Below are positions 14,938-17,840 of a DNA stretch of 17,840 nt, piece by piece; position 1 is the stretch's first letter; each line of letters starts with the position of its first letter. The position numbers were made by a program, and so were the translations under genes. The DNA comes from a bacterium (GTDB lineage Bacteria > Hinthialibacterota > Hinthialibacteria > Hinthialibacterales > Hinthialibacteraceae). The notes below the pieces were generated by a model. It saw only the letters and a list, made by a program, of their open reading frames with translations. It searched no databases and was not told the DNA's origin. The stretch is from positions 1-17,840 of the forward strand of contig JBHGBC010000125.1 in NCBI GenBank assembly GCA_041946805.1, read 5' to 3'.

Positions 14938-16622
14938 AAACGGCTATGAAACTGCGATCCCTCCCCTTGATTATCCTGGTCGTGGCGGTCACCGCCGTCC
15001 CCTTTTTGAACAAAGCGTATCACATCGACGATCCCTTCGTGCTGGCGGTGACCCGGCAGATCCTGGAGACGCCCCTCGATCCCTTCGCGGGCAAAATCGA
15101 CTGGTTCGGCTACGAATCGGCGATGTGGGAGGCCACCACCAATCCACCCTTGCTGAGCTATTGCCTCGCTCCCTTCGCGGCGAAATTTAACTTTTCGGAA
15201 ATCGCCCTGCACTCCGCCATGATGCTGTTTTTGGTGCTTCTGGCGTGGGGAACGACGGTGTTGTCCAACCGGTTTACGCACGGATCCAACTGGCCGCTGC
15301 TGTTTCTGATGTTCAGCCCGGCGGTCATGGTCTCGGGCAACGTGATGCGGGACGTGCCCGCGGCGGGTTTGGCGGTGGCGGGAATCGCGCTGTTTGTGCT
15401 GGGAACCGACCGGGAGAATTGGTTGTACATGCTATCAGGCTCGGTGTTGGCGGGTTTGGCGGTGTTGACCAAGTATTCCTCGGTGATCGTGTTCCCGGTC
15501 ATGCTGTTGTATCCGTTCCTGCACCGGAAATACTGGCTGATGGGGTGGATAGTGCCGGGATTGCTGGTGTTGTTGGCGTGGTGCCTGCACAATGAAGTCT
15601 TTTACGGCCAGATGCACATTGTTTATCTCACCCAGAACCGGCGCAGCGTGGAAGGCATTCCCTGGCAGGACAAGGCGTTGGGCGCGCTGGTGATCCTGGG
15701 CAGCATGGTGTACATCACGCCCGCGCTGTTGTGGAGTTTTTGCATCCGCAAACGTTGGGCGGCGCTGGCCGGCGCCCTGCCCGTGGGGCTGGCGGCCTTA
15801 TGGGGCGCGGAACGGTACTTCGATTGGAATATGGACGCGCAGTATTTGTTGTGGGCCGTGCTGGGCGCGATCTTGTTATATGGAGTGCTACTGGAGGGAT
15901 TCCGGCGCGGAATCCAGTATGTCCAGAATATCCGGGACGAGCGGGCGGCCGACGCGCTGTTTTTGTTCGCCTGGATCTGCGCGCCGGTGATTTTCAGCAT
16001 TTTCCTGGTTCCCTTTCAGGCGGTGCGGCATCAGATCATCACTCTCGTTCCCCTGTTATTGTTGGCGTTCCGGTCGATTAACATTTCCCTGCGGCTGGGC
16101 GGCGTGCTGTTGGAAGCGTTCGTGGTGATTCTGTTTTTCGCGCAGGCGGCGGTTAGTTACGCCGTGGCGGTGGTGGATTATCAATACGCCGATGCCTACC
16201 GGCAAATGGCGGCGTATGTCAAGGACAAGTATGTTTCTCCGGATCATGAAACCTGGTACGCGGGGCACTGGGGCTGGAAATACTACGCCGATCAGGCCGG
16301 CCTGCGCCAGCGGCACCGCGGCCAGGCCTTGCCCAAGCCGGGGGACATCCTCGCCTGGCCGCTGCGCGTGCATTACGGGGAGGTGTTCGGCGACATCGGC
16401 GATCCCTTCAAGATCCTGGAACATGGAACCATCGAAAAGAAGGAATACACCACGCCCATTCCCATCCGCACCATGAATTTCAAGGGGGCCAGTTTCTACG
16501 CGGTGATCGGCAACAATGTGCCCTACCGCTTTTTCCAGGATATCGACCTGGAAACGTTGAAAGTGTTCCGTGTGAAGGATTACGATCCGGACGGTGTCCT
16601 GCCCCGGCCCACTTCACCATGA
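14934..16622 (+). CDS. Polytopic membrane GT-C glycosyltransferase (ArnT/PMT-like)
   Basis: Acidic pair HIDDP after TM1, TNPPLLSY, DVP..GL and GLAVLTKYS motifs, about 12 or more hydrophobic segments and a soluble C-terminal domain. GTGA overlap with the GT2 gene suggests translational coupling. Confidence 0.82.
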   Translation: MKTAMKLRSLPLIILVVAVTAVPFLNKAYHIDDPFVLAVTRQILETPLDPFAGKIDWFGYESAMWEATTNPPLLSYCLAPFAAKFNFSEIALHSAMMLFLVLLAWGTTVLSNRFTHGSNWPLLFLMFSPAVMVSGNVMRDVPAAGLAVAGIALFVLGTDRENWLYMLSGSVLAGLAVLTKYSSVIVFPVMLLYPFLHRKYWLMGWIVPGLLVLLAWCLHNEVFYGQMHIVYLTQNRRSVEGIPWQDKALGALVILGSMVYITPALLWSFCIRKRWAALAGALPVGLAALWGAERYFDWNMDAQYLLWAVLGAILLYGVLLEGFRRGIQYVQNIRDERAADALFLFAWICAPVIFSIFLVPFQAVRHQIITLVPLLLLAFRSINISLRLGGVLLEAFVVILFFAQAAVSYAVAVVDYQYADAYRQMAAYVKDKYVSPDHETWYAGHWGWKYYADQAGLRQRHRGQALPKPGDILAWPLRVHYGEVFGDIGDPFKILEHGTIEKKEYTTPIPIRTMNFKGASFYAVIGNNVPYRFFQDIDLETLKVFRVKDYDPDGVLPRPTSP

Positions 16623-16674
16623 CGGAAAGGTAAGAGCTGGGTAGCGATTCACCGGTTTGCAGTAAATCTTTCGA

Positions 16675-16771
16675 GCGCCAACGGCGCGGCATATGGGTAG
16701 CCCAGGGTGTAAGCCCTGGGGAAAAAAGTCAACAGTAATAAATCCCCTCTCCCTTTGGGAGAGGGTTAGGG
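16675..16771. repeat. REP-like hairpins between convergent genes
   Basis: gcgcc-aac-ggcgc (16675-16687), cccaggg-tgtaag-ccctggg (16701-16720) and ccctctccc-ttt-gggagaggg-ttaggg (16745-16771). Confidence 0.7.
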
Positions 16772-16832
16772 AAGCCCGGAAAGGGTGAAATTCCTCTTAT
16801 CTCTGCGATCGGGTAAACCGTTACAGAGTTGA

Positions 16833-17141
16833 TTACTCCCCGGCTTTCACATCCTGCTTTTGGGTGAAAATGAAATACAAATTGCGGAAGTAAATCAAAC
16901 AATTGAATAGATAACTGAGGATGATCCACCGGTCGGCGATGTGGATGGCGTATGCGAGCATCAACAAACTGCCCACGATGCTCAGATACCAAAACGACAC
17001 GGGAATCACGCTTTCCTTGCGGAGTTCCGAGACGATCCACTGGATGATGAAGCGGGACGAGAAGGTCACCAAGCCCAGAACCGCGACCGCGTCCCAAACA
17101 CCAAAACCGCCCGACAAGATATGACTCAACTTGGCATTCAC
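16833..17141 (-). CDS. Lipid A biosynthesis N-terminal domain (LAB_N) small membrane protein
   Basis: Signature F.SRFIIQWIVSE..KESVIPVSFWYLSIVGSLLMLAYAI...IY.RNL. GTG start with a GGAGGGG RBS. Confidence 0.88.
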   Translation of the reverse strand: MNAKLSHILSGGFGVWDAVAVLGLVTFSSRFIIQWIVSELRKESVIPVSFWYLSIVGSLLMLAYAIHIADRWIILSYLFNCLIYFRNLYFIFTQKQDVKAGE

Positions 17142-17221
17142 GGCTGTTCCCCCCTCCCGGGAATGGGTGATGATTCGGTACTATCATGGCTTGATATGCA
17201 GGGCGATCAAGGGATTGGATA

Positions 17222-17830
17222 ATGGAGTGGGTGTGGAGAGAAAACACCATGTGGGATGGATTTCGCGGGATGAAAAAAATACACAGTTATGCCCTGCGTC
17301 ACCCCGTCCGGATTCACGCGTTGCTGATTCCCGTCAGCCTGGCGCTGGTTTTGGGTGTACTCCTGCTACGTTGGGGTGTGGTTCCTGCTTTTTTGGTCTA
17401 TACCCAGTTGTTGGCCATTCGGATACTGCGGTTTGAGGTTGGCTTTGAATTCATCCAATCGGTTTTCTTTTTTTCCTTGTTGCTCCTCGCGTTGCTGCCT
17501 CATTTTCTGTATTGGGCCTGGCGGAAGGGGAGATGGCTGGAGGCCGCGTTTCTTGGGACGGCGCTGGTGCTGGATCTGGGGATCGTCTGTGCGCACGGGT
17601 GGTATTGTGGATACACGTATAAACAAGTAGCGGCGAATGTCTATCAAACCATGACGCGGGAGGAGTTCTTCGCGCGATGCCATGCCCCGCTGTTCTATTA
17701 CCCCGGGGAATGGAAAGACGGCCAGGCGCTCTACGGTGTTTACACCGACGGCTCCGCGGAACTGCCCGTGGTGTTTCATGAACCGGACCAGGTTTATGTG
17801 GGGCTGGTGGGAATCATGTGGAACGATTGA
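17222..17830 (+). CDS. Hypothetical membrane protein (several N-terminal TM segments, short soluble C-terminus); start may be 17249 or 17270
   Basis: 202-codon ORF with three to four hydrophobic segments. GGAGAG precedes ATG 17249. No family recognised. Confidence 0.55.
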   Translation: MEWVWRENTMWDGFRGMKKIHSYALRHPVRIHALLIPVSLALVLGVLLLRWGVVPAFLVYTQLLAIRILRFEVGFEFIQSVFFFSLLLLALLPHFLYWAWRKGRWLEAAFLGTALVLDLGIVCAHGWYCGYTYKQVAANVYQTMTREEFFARCHAPLFYYPGEWKDGQALYGVYTDGSAELPVVFHEPDQVYVGLVGIMWND

Positions 17831-17840
17831 ACGACAGACT

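Overview
GC-rich bacterial chromosomal window with no rRNA, tRNA, CRISPR array or transposase. Left to right it holds: the 5' end of a prepilin-type (GFTLIELL) gene running off the left edge, missed by the ORF track; a secreted-type aldose 1-epimerase (galM); a ~600 bp mosaic of REP-like palindromes and 9-bp periodic repeats; a hypothetical protein with an integrase core-binding-like N-terminus; a secreted beta-helix protein; an ABC sugar permease, Tat-signal binding protein and ribokinase operon with no ATPase; a secreted lamin-tail plus CotH-family protein; a small basic coiled-coil/winged-helix protein bracketed by copies of a ~200-300 bp composite repeat; a stand-alone fliG; a GT2 plus ArnT/PMT-like glycosyltransferase pair converging on a LAB_N membrane protein; and a membrane hypothetical. 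The best leads are (1) a shared C-terminal [IV]-x-x-W-L-x-x-stop tail on two unrelated secreted proteins, a candidate sorting signal, and (2) a Rok/H-NS-like nucleoid protein candidate with an AT-rich promoter between direct repeats. All family calls come from motif recognition by eye; no database search was run.
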